64,000 nt of DNA from an uncultured Clostridia bacterium (lineage in GTDB: Bacteria; Bacillota; Clostridia; Christensenellales; CAG-917). The stretch covers positions 258,621 to 322,620 of the forward strand of contig CAKQGN010000001.1 of assembly GCA_934233745.1 (NCBI GenBank), written 5' to 3'. The notes beneath the pieces were generated by a model. The model saw nothing but the letters and a program-made list of their open reading frames with translations. It ran no database searches and was not told the origin of the DNA. This document shows, piece by piece, positions 55,904 through 64,000 of the stretch. The position numbers were made by a program, and so were the translations under genes. Each line of letters opens with the position of its first letter. Positions within the stretch are counted from its first letter, which is position 1.

Positions 55904-56875
55904 TTGGAAAAATTGATTAAAAGCAAAAAAGAAAAGGCTTTTTCGTTGATAGGATTTATCCTATTGTTTATCCTTTTGACTTTATTGTTGTCGGCGGCGG
56001 TCAAACCCGACTCACCTATGGACTGCACGGATAAGCGCAAGTTTGAAGCTCTGAGGGTGTTTGACGAGCCTAACAATACTTTGGACGCACTGTTTTTTGG
56101 GCACAGCGGCGTGTTTTGCGGCATAAATCCTATGGAAATGTATGCAAAGTACGGCTTTACGTCGTACGATTGCTCGTTTGCATCGCAAATGCCGTGGGAA
56201 ACCACCGAATTTTTGAGAGAAACCCTGAAAAGACAAAAACCGAAAGTCGTCGTTGTGGACGTTGACCAGCTCCTGTTTAAAAACATCAATCACAGGGCGG
56301 ATTACGTGTGGTCGCAAATTAGGCGCGCCGCACCCATAATCGACAACCATACGGCGTGGAAAAAGTTTTTGCCCGGGGGCGAGCAGCGAGAGCGAAACTT
56401 CAACAAAGGGTATAGGCGTTCAAGGCGCGTTTCGCCATACGACAGCGACGGCAGTGTCGGCGGAAAAAACAAGAATAACGGCGACAAACAATATAAAATC
56501 GCCGCAATGAGCCTCAAGTGCTTTGACGAGATCGTCGAGCTTTGCAAAGAGCATGGCGTGGAGCTTGTCTTTGTGGAATTGCCATCCAAAAAAAGGTGGA
56601 ATAACTCAACCTACAATGCCGTCAAAAAGTACGCAGACAAGAAAGGCGTGCGCTTTATCGACGCAAACCAAAGAGAAAAAGAGTTCGGCTTCAATTGGAA
56701 AAAAGATACTTCGGACGGCGGCGAACACCTCAACGAAAGCGGCGCGCTCAAAACGTCGCTGTGGCTTGGCAAAATTCTTCAAGAGGACTACAAACTCCCC
56801 GACAGGAGAGAGGACAAAGCCTATGAGTTTTGGAAAGAGGACTACGCAAAGTATTTGGTCTCGCAAAAACAATAA
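55904..56875 (+). CDS. membrane-anchored SGNH/GDSL-like (DltD/AlgX-type) acyl-transfer protein, paralog 1
   Basis: TTG start 5 nt after GGAGA. N-terminal TM anchor. Putative Ser block LFFGHSGV and the Asp/His block DGGEHLN. About 40% identical by eye to 58883-59842. Confidence 0.65.
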   Translation: MEKLIKSKKEKAFSLIGFILLFILLTLLLSAAVKPDSPMDCTDKRKFEALRVFDEPNNTLDALFFGHSGVFCGINPMEMYAKYGFTSYDCSFASQMPWETTEFLRETLKRQKPKVVVVDVDQLLFKNINHRADYVWSQIRRAAPIIDNHTAWKKFLPGGEQRERNFNKGYRRSRRVSPYDSDGSVGGKNKNNGDKQYKIAAMSLKCFDEIVELCKEHGVELVFVELPSKKRWNNSTYNAVKKYADKKGVRFIDANQREKEFGFNWKKDTSDGGEHLNESGALKTSLWLGKILQEDYKLPDRREDKAYEFWKEDYAKYLVSQKQ

Positions 56876-57075
56876 TCGTACATTAATCTCAAGGATGTTC
56901 GGCATTTTATAAAATTGCCCGACAAATGATTGACAATATGAGCGAAAAATCGTACGCTGTCTCAAAAAGATACATTGTTTAAGTTAAATATATTTATATA
57001 TTTAGCATAAATTGCACCATAACGAGAATACGCAACATTATGTAATCATTGTCGGGAGATATACTGAGGATAATC

Positions 57076-58866
57076 ATGAACAAGGTAACTTTAATATTTT
57101 TAGCATTTTTGGCAGGCGCAGCCGTCTTGTACTACGTCGTGCCGAAAAAAATACGCTGGGTTGTCTTGCTGATTGCAAGCATAGGCTTTTACGCTGTGAC
57201 GGACAAGTACCTCATTGCGTTTGTTTGCCTTACGACAATCAGCGTGTATTTTGGCGCGCGCGGTATTCAGAAAAACAACGATAGGCTCAAAAAGCCTGCG
57301 CCGCTCAAAGAGGCGCAACCCACTGTCGCAATGTCTGAAAAGCAGGACGCGCAAGCAAATGTCGAAACTGTGGAATCCGCAAACGTAATATCTTGTGAGG
57401 TTGCTGCCGATTGTGACAACGCTGTCGTTGACGGCGCGGCGGAAATGCCTAGCGCAGCGCAAGAAACGGGGCAAACCCTTGCCGATTCGGATTCAAACAA
57501 CTCGGATAAAAAACGCAAGAAAAAAGTCAAACAACCCCTTGAAGGCAAAGCACTCAAAGAACACATAAAAAAGCAAAACAAGGCTTTAATCGCGTCGATT
57601 ATTATACTTAATCTTGCGATTATAGGATTTTTGAAGTATTTCAACTTCTTTGGCAGCACGGTCAACTCACTCCTTGAACTGTGCGGTGCAAAGGGCAGAA
57701 TCCCTGCGCTCAAACTGTTTTTGCCTTTGGGCATTTCATTCTATACTTTGCAAGCGATAGGCTATCTTATCGACGTGTATAGAAAAAAGTATGCGGCGGA
57801 AAGGAATTTTGCAAAAGTTGCGTTGTTCCTCTTGTTTTTCCCTCAAATTCTCGAAGGGCCTATCGGCAGATTCGACAAGCTCGCCGACCAACTTTACGAG
57901 GGGCGTTCGGCAAACTATGAAAACATTATTTTCGGGCTTGAGCGTATCGCTTGGGGCTTGTTCAAAAAAATGGTGGTTGCCGACAGGCTGTATATGCTCG
58001 TCTACAAGATTTCCGAGTCACCGAGCGAATATTCGGGCGTTGCCAGCTTGATGTTTATCGTGTGTTATACGTTGCAGCTTTACGCCGATTTTTCGGGATT
58101 TATCGACATCGCAATCGGCGGCGGACAACTGTTTGGAATCAAAATGGACGAAAACTTCCGCCAGCCGTTCTTTGCAAAGAGCGCGCAAGAGTTTTGGCAA
58201 AGGTGGCATATCACCCTCGGCTCTTGGCTCAAAGACTACGTTTTCTATTCGGTTGCGCTCTCGCCAAGGCTCAACAAGGGGTGCAGTAAACTCAAAAAGA
58301 AACACAAAAATCATTTCACCAAAATGCTACCGACGGCGGTTGCGCTGCTTGCGGTGTGGATTTGCAACGGCTTGTGGCACGGCCCTGAATGGAAGTATAT
58401 CGTTTTTGGATTGTACTATTTTGTGATTATCGTGTCGGGTATGATGCTCGAACCGCTATTCAAAAAAATCGCCGAAAAAATCAAGCTCAACCTCGACGGC
58501 AAGGGGTGGGGAGTCGTAAGACATTTGAGAACGCTGTTGATTATCTTTGTCGGCGAAACCATTTTCGGCGCAAAAACCCTCAAAGACGCCGTTCATATTC
58601 TCGGCTCAGTGTTTGTGCCCTATCGCGGCAACTTCTTCTCGCTCGGTCTTGACTACAAGGAATTTATCATTGCCGTGCTTGGCGTAATAACCATTTTCAT
58701 CGTCGGCATTGTCAAGGAAAGGGGCGTGGATATAAGGCAGAATTTGTACGAAAAGGCAGTCCCCGTTCGCTGGGTGACGTTTTTGGCTCTCACGTTTTCG
58801 ATAATGGTGTTCGGCGCATACGGCGGAATGTATTCGGTTGCACCGTTCATATACGGCAATTTCTGA
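57076..58866 (+). CDS. MBOAT-family O-acyltransferase (DltB/AlgI-like) with a low-complexity loop insertion
   Basis: MBOAT core FWQRWHITLGSWLKDYVFY with the conserved His, plus NGLWHG. Multi-TM. An extra hydrophilic segment of about 110 aa (about 57262-57589). Confidence 0.85.
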   Translation: MNKVTLIFLAFLAGAAVLYYVVPKKIRWVVLLIASIGFYAVTDKYLIAFVCLTTISVYFGARGIQKNNDRLKKPAPLKEAQPTVAMSEKQDAQANVETVESANVISCEVAADCDNAVVDGAAEMPSAAQETGQTLADSDSNNSDKKRKKKVKQPLEGKALKEHIKKQNKALIASIIILNLAIIGFLKYFNFFGSTVNSLLELCGAKGRIPALKLFLPLGISFYTLQAIGYLIDVYRKKYAAERNFAKVALFLLFFPQILEGPIGRFDKLADQLYEGRSANYENIIFGLERIAWGLFKKMVVADRLYMLVYKISESPSEYSGVASLMFIVCYTLQLYADFSGFIDIAIGGGQLFGIKMDENFRQPFFAKSAQEFWQRWHITLGSWLKDYVFYSVALSPRLNKGCSKLKKKHKNHFTKMLPTAVALLAVWICNGLWHGPEWKYIVFGLYYFVIIVSGMMLEPLFKKIAEKIKLNLDGKGWGVVRHLRTLLIIFVGETIFGAKTLKDAVHILGSVFVPYRGNFFSLGLDYKEFIIAVLGVITIFIVGIVKERGVDIRQNLYEKAVPVRWVTFLALTFSIMVFGAYGGMYSVAPFIYGNF

Positions 58867-58882
58867 TATAAGAGAGGATAGA

Positions 58883-59842
58883 ATGGAAAAAGTAAAAAGT
58901 AAAAAAGAAAAAATCATTTCAATTATAGGCTTTATCATTTTGCTTGCGGTTCTCACGGTTATGCTCTCGCTGTTTTTTAAACCTAATAATCCAATGGATT
59001 ATGCAGATAAACGCACTGCAAAAGGATATCGAGTCTATGATGAGCCTAATAACACTCTCGATGTATTATTTTTTGGTCATAGCGCCGTGTATTCTGCCGT
59101 ATCACCTATGGAAATATACAATAACTATGGGTTTACGTCATTTGCTTGTTCTTATCCACTACAAATGCCATGGGAAACCGCAGACTTTTTAAAAGATGTT
59201 TTAAGGAAACAGTCTCCAAAAGTTGTTGTGATGGATATAGATAGCCTGTGTTATGACATAAAGAGGACTAATATTAAGAAAATCTATGATGACGCGGTAC
59301 GCAAGAAAAAGTATCCTCTTTTGCAAAACCATATAGCGTGGAAAGATTGGCTCCCAAATGTGGAGATCAGAGAGCGAGATGTTAACAAAGGGTATATTAT
59401 CCATAAAAAAAAGAAGCCGTATAAAGGCAATCGTGCGTTTAAAGAAACAGATAAAAGGTTTGCTACAACTCAAGAGTTTATTAAAGGTCTTGATGATGTG
59501 GTAAAAATTTGCAGAGAAAAAGGCATTGAACTATTTTTAATGGAATTGCCAAACAAGACTAGATGGTCTTATGAGAAGTTTAATACCGCTTCTGATTATG
59601 TGAATGAACGTGGACTGCATTTTGTTGATTTTACACAATATGAAAAGCAAATGGGATTCGATTGGGTAAATGATACTATGGACGAAGGGGATCATCTTAA
59701 CTATTACGGAGCAGTAAAACTAAGTGCACATCTTGGCAAAATCCTTGCAGAAAAGTATGATTTGCCGGATAGAAGAAATGACGAAACATATGCGTTTTGG
59801 AAAGAAGATTTTGAACAATATAAAAAACGCTGTGGAAAGTGA
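58883..59842 (+). CDS. membrane-anchored SGNH/GDSL-like acyl-transfer protein, paralog 2 (AT-rich)
   Basis: Same architecture as paralog 1 (LFFGHSAV, DEGDHLN). RBS AGAGAGGA. Confidence 0.65.
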   Translation: MEKVKSKKEKIISIIGFIILLAVLTVMLSLFFKPNNPMDYADKRTAKGYRVYDEPNNTLDVLFFGHSAVYSAVSPMEIYNNYGFTSFACSYPLQMPWETADFLKDVLRKQSPKVVVMDIDSLCYDIKRTNIKKIYDDAVRKKKYPLLQNHIAWKDWLPNVEIRERDVNKGYIIHKKKKPYKGNRAFKETDKRFATTQEFIKGLDDVVKICREKGIELFLMELPNKTRWSYEKFNTASDYVNERGLHFVDFTQYEKQMGFDWVNDTMDEGDHLNYYGAVKLSAHLGKILAEKYDLPDRRNDETYAFWKEDFEQYKKRCGK

Positions 59843-59849
59843 GGAACAT

Positions 59850-61352
59850 ATGGAAAAAAGAATAAACAACGTGTTGGAGTTCTTGTGCGAAAGCGCAAAA
59901 AAGTATCCCGACAAAGTGGCGTTTGCGGACGAAACGGAATCGATAACCTACAAGCAACTCGTTTTCGAGGCGAGAAAAATCGCAAGCGGAATTGCAAAAA
60001 AAGTTGCTCCGCGCACACCCGTTGCCGTGCTTGGCGAAAAGAGCGTGCGTGTGGTCAAAATGTTTTTTGCGTGCGTATTTGCAGGCTGTTTCTATGTGCC
60101 GCTCAATCCCTTGCATCCCGAGGAGCGCAGAAAGAGAATCCTCGACACTTTGAAAAATCCGCTCGTCCTTGTCAACGAGGACTCGATAGGACTTTTGCCC
60201 GAGGGCGTAAACGAGGAGTCGGTGGTGCTGTTCAAGGATATAGAGGGAAGCGAGGTTGACGAGTTGCTGTTGCAGGATATTGCAAAAGGTCACGTTGACA
60301 TCGACCCGCTCTACGTTATGTTTACGTCGGGTTCGACAGGCACACCGAAGGGTATCGCCGTGTCCCACCGCTCGGTCATCGATTTTATCGACGAATTTAC
60401 CGATGTTTTCGGCATAAGCGATTGCGATGTCATCGGCAACCAAGCTCCGTTCGATTTCGATGTGTCGGTGAAGGACGTATATTCGACGATTAAGTGCGGC
60501 GCAACAATGCAGATTATTCCCAAAAAGAAGTTCTCATTTCCTACGTTACTCATCGACTATCTCATCGAACGCAAGGTTACGACTCTCGTTTGGGCGGTGT
60601 CCGCGCTGTGCATTTTGTCAACATTCCGCGCATTTCAGTACAAAATCCCCCCAACCATAAACAAGATTTTGTTCAGCGGCGAGGTTATGCCCATAAAGCA
60701 CCTCAATGTGTGGCGACAAGCGTTTCCAAACGCAACGTTCGTCAATCTCTACGGTCCGACCGAAATCACCTGCAACTGCACTTATTTTGTGTTGCCCAAG
60801 GATTTTGCCCAAGACAGTTTGCCAATAGGCAAGGCGTTCAAAAACGAAAAAGTGTTCCTTTTGGACGAGAACGACAGGCTTGTCACAGCCGTGGGCGAGG
60901 CAGGCGAAGTGTGCGTGTCGGGCACCTGTTTGTCGCTCGGATATTACAACAACAAGAGCGAAACCGCAAAGGCGTTTGTGCAAAATCCGCTCAATGACGC
61001 ATACCTCGAAACTATATACAGAACGGGCGACTTGGCGCACTATGAGGCGGACGGAAACTTGTATTTCAACGGCAGAAGGGACTTTCAAATCAAGCATATG
61101 GGGCATCGTATCGAGCTTAGCGAAATCGAAAACGTGATGATGTCTAACGAGAATATAAACCGCGCGGTTTGCATTTTCGACAGCGAAAAGGACAAAATCA
61201 ACGCGTTTTACGTCGGCAGTATCGAGCCTACGGACGTAATCGTGTTTTTGAGAGATAAGTTGCCTGCGTTTATGATTCCGCACAAATGCGTCAAAAAGGA
61301 CGTGTTCGAGCTGAACGAAAACGGCAAAATCGACAGAAAAAAACTTGTATAG
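59850..61352 (+). CDS. DltA-like amino-acid--carrier-protein ligase (adenylation enzyme)
   Basis: Adenylation core motifs YVMFTSGSTGTPKG, YGPTE, YRTGD, GRRDFQIKHMGHRIEL and NGKIDRKKL. 500 aa, stand-alone. Confidence 0.85.
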   Translation: MEKRINNVLEFLCESAKKYPDKVAFADETESITYKQLVFEARKIASGIAKKVAPRTPVAVLGEKSVRVVKMFFACVFAGCFYVPLNPLHPEERRKRILDTLKNPLVLVNEDSIGLLPEGVNEESVVLFKDIEGSEVDELLLQDIAKGHVDIDPLYVMFTSGSTGTPKGIAVSHRSVIDFIDEFTDVFGISDCDVIGNQAPFDFDVSVKDVYSTIKCGATMQIIPKKKFSFPTLLIDYLIERKVTTLVWAVSALCILSTFRAFQYKIPPTINKILFSGEVMPIKHLNVWRQAFPNATFVNLYGPTEITCNCTYFVLPKDFAQDSLPIGKAFKNEKVFLLDENDRLVTAVGEAGEVCVSGTCLSLGYYNNKSETAKAFVQNPLNDAYLETIYRTGDLAHYEADGNLYFNGRRDFQIKHMGHRIELSEIENVMMSNENINRAVCIFDSEKDKINAFYVGSIEPTDVIVFLRDKLPAFMIPHKCVKKDVFELNENGKIDRKKLV

Positions 61353-61364
61353 GCGGATAGAACA

Positions 61365-62531
61365 ATGAGCAAAACCTCAATGAATTTGATAAAAACGCCC
61401 TCGTTCGTGTTCGATATAGACGCGCTAATCGATAGGGTGAACGGCATCAAAAGCCTGCTTGCGCACGGCGAAAAATTGTGCTATGCCATAAAGGCAAATC
61501 CGTTTCTTGTCAACGACCTCAAAGACGTTGTGGATTGCTTTGAGATTTGCTCCACGGGCGAGTTTCGCATTGCAATGCGCGCAGGTGTACCGCCCGAAAA
61601 AGTGGTGCTGTCCGGCGTCTACAAGGAGGAGGGCGATATAAGGGAAATCGTGGGCATTTGCAAGGATAAAGCGACCTATACGGTGGAATCGCCTTCGCAG
61701 TTTCACCTGCTTGAAAAAGTCGCAAACGAGTATGGCTTGACGCTCGACGTCATCTTGCGTCTGTCAAGCGGCAACCAGTTCGGAATGGACGAAAATACTA
61801 TTTTAGGCTTATTTTCCACCGAACAGAATACGCTCAAAATCAAGGGTATTCAGTACTACTCGGGGACGCAGAAAAAACGCGAGAAAATTTTGAAAGAGAT
61901 TGAAAGCGTTGTTGATTTTGCAAATAGGTTGGAGGCAAGCGGCAACACAATCGAAAGGATAGAATACGGTCCGGGGCTTAGGGTTGCCTATTTCGAGGGC
62001 GACGAGGAAGTTGACGAAAAAGCGGCTGTCGAGGAAGTGTCAAACGCCTTTGCAAAAAGCGACAACAAGCGCGAAATCGTCTATGAAGCAGGCAGGTTTA
62101 TCGCGGCATATTGCGGCAAGTATTACACCTCGATCGTGGATATAAAAAACACGAACGGAACGCAGTTTTGCATAGTTGACGGCGGCATAAACCACCTCAA
62201 TTACTATGGGCAAACGATGGCAATGAAAAAGCCGCATATAAGACAGTTTTCAAGCGATTTTGCCGAGAAAAAAGATGGCGAAAAACAGATTTGCACCATA
62301 TGCGGCTCGCTTTGCACCGTCAGCGACGTGCTTGTCAAATCCTTGCCGCTTGAAGATGTGAAAAGCGGAGATATACTTGAATTTGCAAGGACGGGCGCGT
62401 ACACCGTGAGCGAGGGAATCTACCTCTTTTTATCGCGCGATATGCCCCGAATCTACAAGAAAAAAGAGGGCAAAATCACGCTCGTTAGGGACGTTTTTTG
62501 TACTGATACACTCAATTTTGAAACAAAATAA
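61365..62531 (+). CDS. type-III-fold PLP-dependent enzyme (Orn/DAP/Arg decarboxylase family)
   Basis: PLP-lysine motif CYAIKANPF, then GGINH, CGSLCTVSD and RTGAYT blocks, collinear with diaminopimelate decarboxylase-type enzymes. Confidence 0.75.
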   Translation: MSKTSMNLIKTPSFVFDIDALIDRVNGIKSLLAHGEKLCYAIKANPFLVNDLKDVVDCFEICSTGEFRIAMRAGVPPEKVVLSGVYKEEGDIREIVGICKDKATYTVESPSQFHLLEKVANEYGLTLDVILRLSSGNQFGMDENTILGLFSTEQNTLKIKGIQYYSGTQKKREKILKEIESVVDFANRLEASGNTIERIEYGPGLRVAYFEGDEEVDEKAAVEEVSNAFAKSDNKREIVYEAGRFIAAYCGKYYTSIVDIKNTNGTQFCIVDGGINHLNYYGQTMAMKKPHIRQFSSDFAEKKDGEKQICTICGSLCTVSDVLVKSLPLEDVKSGDILEFARTGAYTVSEGIYLFLSRDMPRIYKKKEGKITLVRDVFCTDTLNFETK

Positions 62532-62554
62532 AACATAAATAAGGAGAATAAAAA

Positions 62555-62776
62555 ATGGACAAACTACTTGAAATACTCAGCGAAGTCAGACCCGACGTTG
62601 ACTTCAAAAACGAAACGAAACTCATCGACAACGGCATTCTCGACTCCCTCAACATAATGGAAATCATCGCTGAAATCAGCGACGAATTCGACATCGAACT
62701 TTCCCCTGCGGACATCGTTCCTGCAAACTTCAACTCTGCCGCGTCCTTGTGGGCAATGATTGAAAGATTGCAATAA
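62555..62776 (+). CDS. acyl/aminoacyl carrier protein (DltC-like)
   Basis: 73 aa; phosphopantetheine attachment motif GILDSLNIMEII. Confidence 0.8.
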   Translation: MDKLLEILSEVRPDVDFKNETKLIDNGILDSLNIMEIIAEISDEFDIELSPADIVPANFNSAASLWAMIERLQ

Positions 62777-62813
62777 ACTTCAATACGGGTTCACGCAAAG
62801 ATTCACAAACTGC

Positions 62814-62848
62814 AAAATATTGCCGTGGGGTGCTGCGGCAATATTTTT
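62814..62848 (+). terminator. intrinsic terminator ending the dlt-like cluster
   Basis: AAATATTGCCG-N10-CGGCAATATTT followed by a T-run. Confidence 0.8.
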
Positions 62849-63080
62849 GTTGCGTGGAAATTTTTGAAAAAAGCCTTGCGGAAAAGAGATATAATACTTT
62901 GTAGGATTCGCAATAACTATTACTTATTATTACTTATTATCAATTTGTAAAAAACATTTAGCATTTTAGACAAGAACGTTTGAGTTCGGTCAATCTTTTT
63001 CGCATGCGAATGAAAAATTTTCCTCAAAAGTACTTGACGTACATATGTCCATAATAGAAAACACCTTTAATCTTAAGAAG

Positions 63081-63854
63081 TTAGTTGTCATCTTCCAAAA
63101 TAATACAATTGATTTTTTTGCTTAATGCTGTGCAAGCATCAATGGCAATTATGCCGTCGCCATAGAAGGGCGAGTGGTCTGCATCTTCGCCGTATTGACT
63201 GCCTTTATGTTCAATGACGGAATGCCCGTAGGAGCAATTCCAGTGTCCGCAGACAATGGTTTTGCCTGTCTCTCGCACACCGCTTTTCCATGCCGCCATA
63301 CCGTTTGTCCATCTTGCGAAATACCAGTCTTCAGGCTCTGCGGTGCGCCAGTTGTCTATGACTTCGAATCGTTCAACTCCGTTTTCTAAGAATCGATAGC
63401 ATGGTATCCAGCCGTGGACAAAGATATAGTGCTTTGTCTCATAATATTTGATCATTGATGGAATTATCTTTTTTATAAACGGAGTGTTGAGCAATTGTTC
63501 CTTCACATGGTCACAATTGTCGGGGAGGATGGCTGTTGCATTCGTTAATTGAAGGATGGTGTCGGTGGTTTTGTTGGATCTGTGATGAGCAAACATATAG
63601 GACTTATTCTCCCAATTATAGATAATGTCCATCATCAGATCTTCATGGTTGCCGCGGATTAAAATGACCTGGTTTTTGTCCATAAGATCAAGAATGAACT
63701 GTTGGACTTCTATTGCCTCGCCGCCGCGATCCATAATATCGCCACAGATTATAAGCTTGTGCGGAAGGGTATCAGAAAAGAACCCTTTTTCGGTAAGAGC
63801 TTGTTTTAACTCGGTGTAAAACCCATGTATGTCTGCAACAACGTAATATTTCAT
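63081..63854 (-). CDS. calcineurin-like metallophosphoesterase
   Basis: Motifs ADIHG, CGDIMDRG, RGNHE and GHW. Start at the ATG at 63854. Confidence 0.85.
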   Translation of the reverse strand: MKYYVVADIHGFYTELKQALTEKGFFSDTLPHKLIICGDIMDRGGEAIEVQQFILDLMDKNQVILIRGNHEDLMMDIIYNWENKSYMFAHHRSNKTTDTILQLTNATAILPDNCDHVKEQLLNTPFIKKIIPSMIKYYETKHYIFVHGWIPCYRFLENGVERFEVIDNWRTAEPEDWYFARWTNGMAAWKSGVRETGKTIVCGHWNCSYGHSVIEHKGSQYGEDADHSPFYGDGIIAIDACTALSKKINCIILEDDN

Positions 63855-64000
63855 TCGGCACCCACTTTTGTCGGGAAACGGATAGCTTGTTGTGGCTACC
63901 CGTTTGTCCAACATGCACTCATGTCTACGAATGCAAAACTTATAGTAAATATTGCTTTTTGTTTGATGCTAAGATTAGAAATCGAACGAGTCGAAAGCCG

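Noticed and set aside
55417-56289. 290-aa minus-strand ORF covering the intergenic region and the 5' end of the first SGNH-like gene.
   Set aside because: It crosses a terminator, a promoter and repeats. It runs antisense to a gene that has a clear paralog (58883-59842). No RBS.
62921-62940. Tandem decamer TACTTATTAT x2 downstream of the carrier-protein gene.
   Set aside because: It is a short AT-rich duplication in an AT-rich spacer. Two copies only, no flanking structure, and compatible with chance or slippage.

Overview
64 kb chromosomal segment, with gene content and signals typical of an anaerobic Bacillota (Clostridia-like) genome: strong GGAGG ribosome-binding sites, some TTG/GTG starts, intrinsic terminators, L-box and THI-box riboswitches, a CIRCE operator, Feo iron uptake and an anaerobic sulfatase-maturase-type radical SAM enzyme. 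Mostly housekeeping or accessory-metabolic genes, left to right: a GH16 glucanase and an esterase; a lysine-riboswitch-controlled amino-acid ABC importer; tRNA-Ala; alkaline phosphatase; a Ca/Na antiporter; mscL; TPP-riboswitch-controlled thiT plus a thiamine pyrophosphokinase; an S58 peptidase and an AnSME-like enzyme; clpB behind a CIRCE site; a TetR regulator plus a heterodimeric ABC exporter; a folC-folE-folP-folBK operon; a GPH symporter; a patatin-like lipase; polA-coaE; a large mosaic-composition lipoprotein; a MATE pump; a membrane-embedded M28 peptidase; a six-gene cluster of small-function proteins; feoA-feoA-feoB; tRNA-Leu followed by an AT-rich AbiEi/AbiEii islet; and a dlt-like surface-esterification cluster with extra parts. 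Five observations stand out. (1) Two arrays of GTGATAT heptamers alternate with sequence-diverse but structure-conserved hairpins (30652-30726 and 38135-38225). (2) A ~125-nt structured element starts exactly at the stop codon of two unrelated genes, with compensatory changes; in one copy it is expanded into a 117-bp tandem repeat (23296-23698, 29961-30086). (3) An ~840-nt ORF-less, hairpin-dense gap lies at 29962-30808. (4) The gene cluster SGNH-like / MBOAT / SGNH-like paralog / DltA-like ligase / type-III PLP decarboxylase-like / carrier protein spans 55904-62776. (5) A structured, riboswitch-like leader precedes the mosaic lipoprotein gene. All functional calls rest on motifs read from the supplied translations; no database search was possible.
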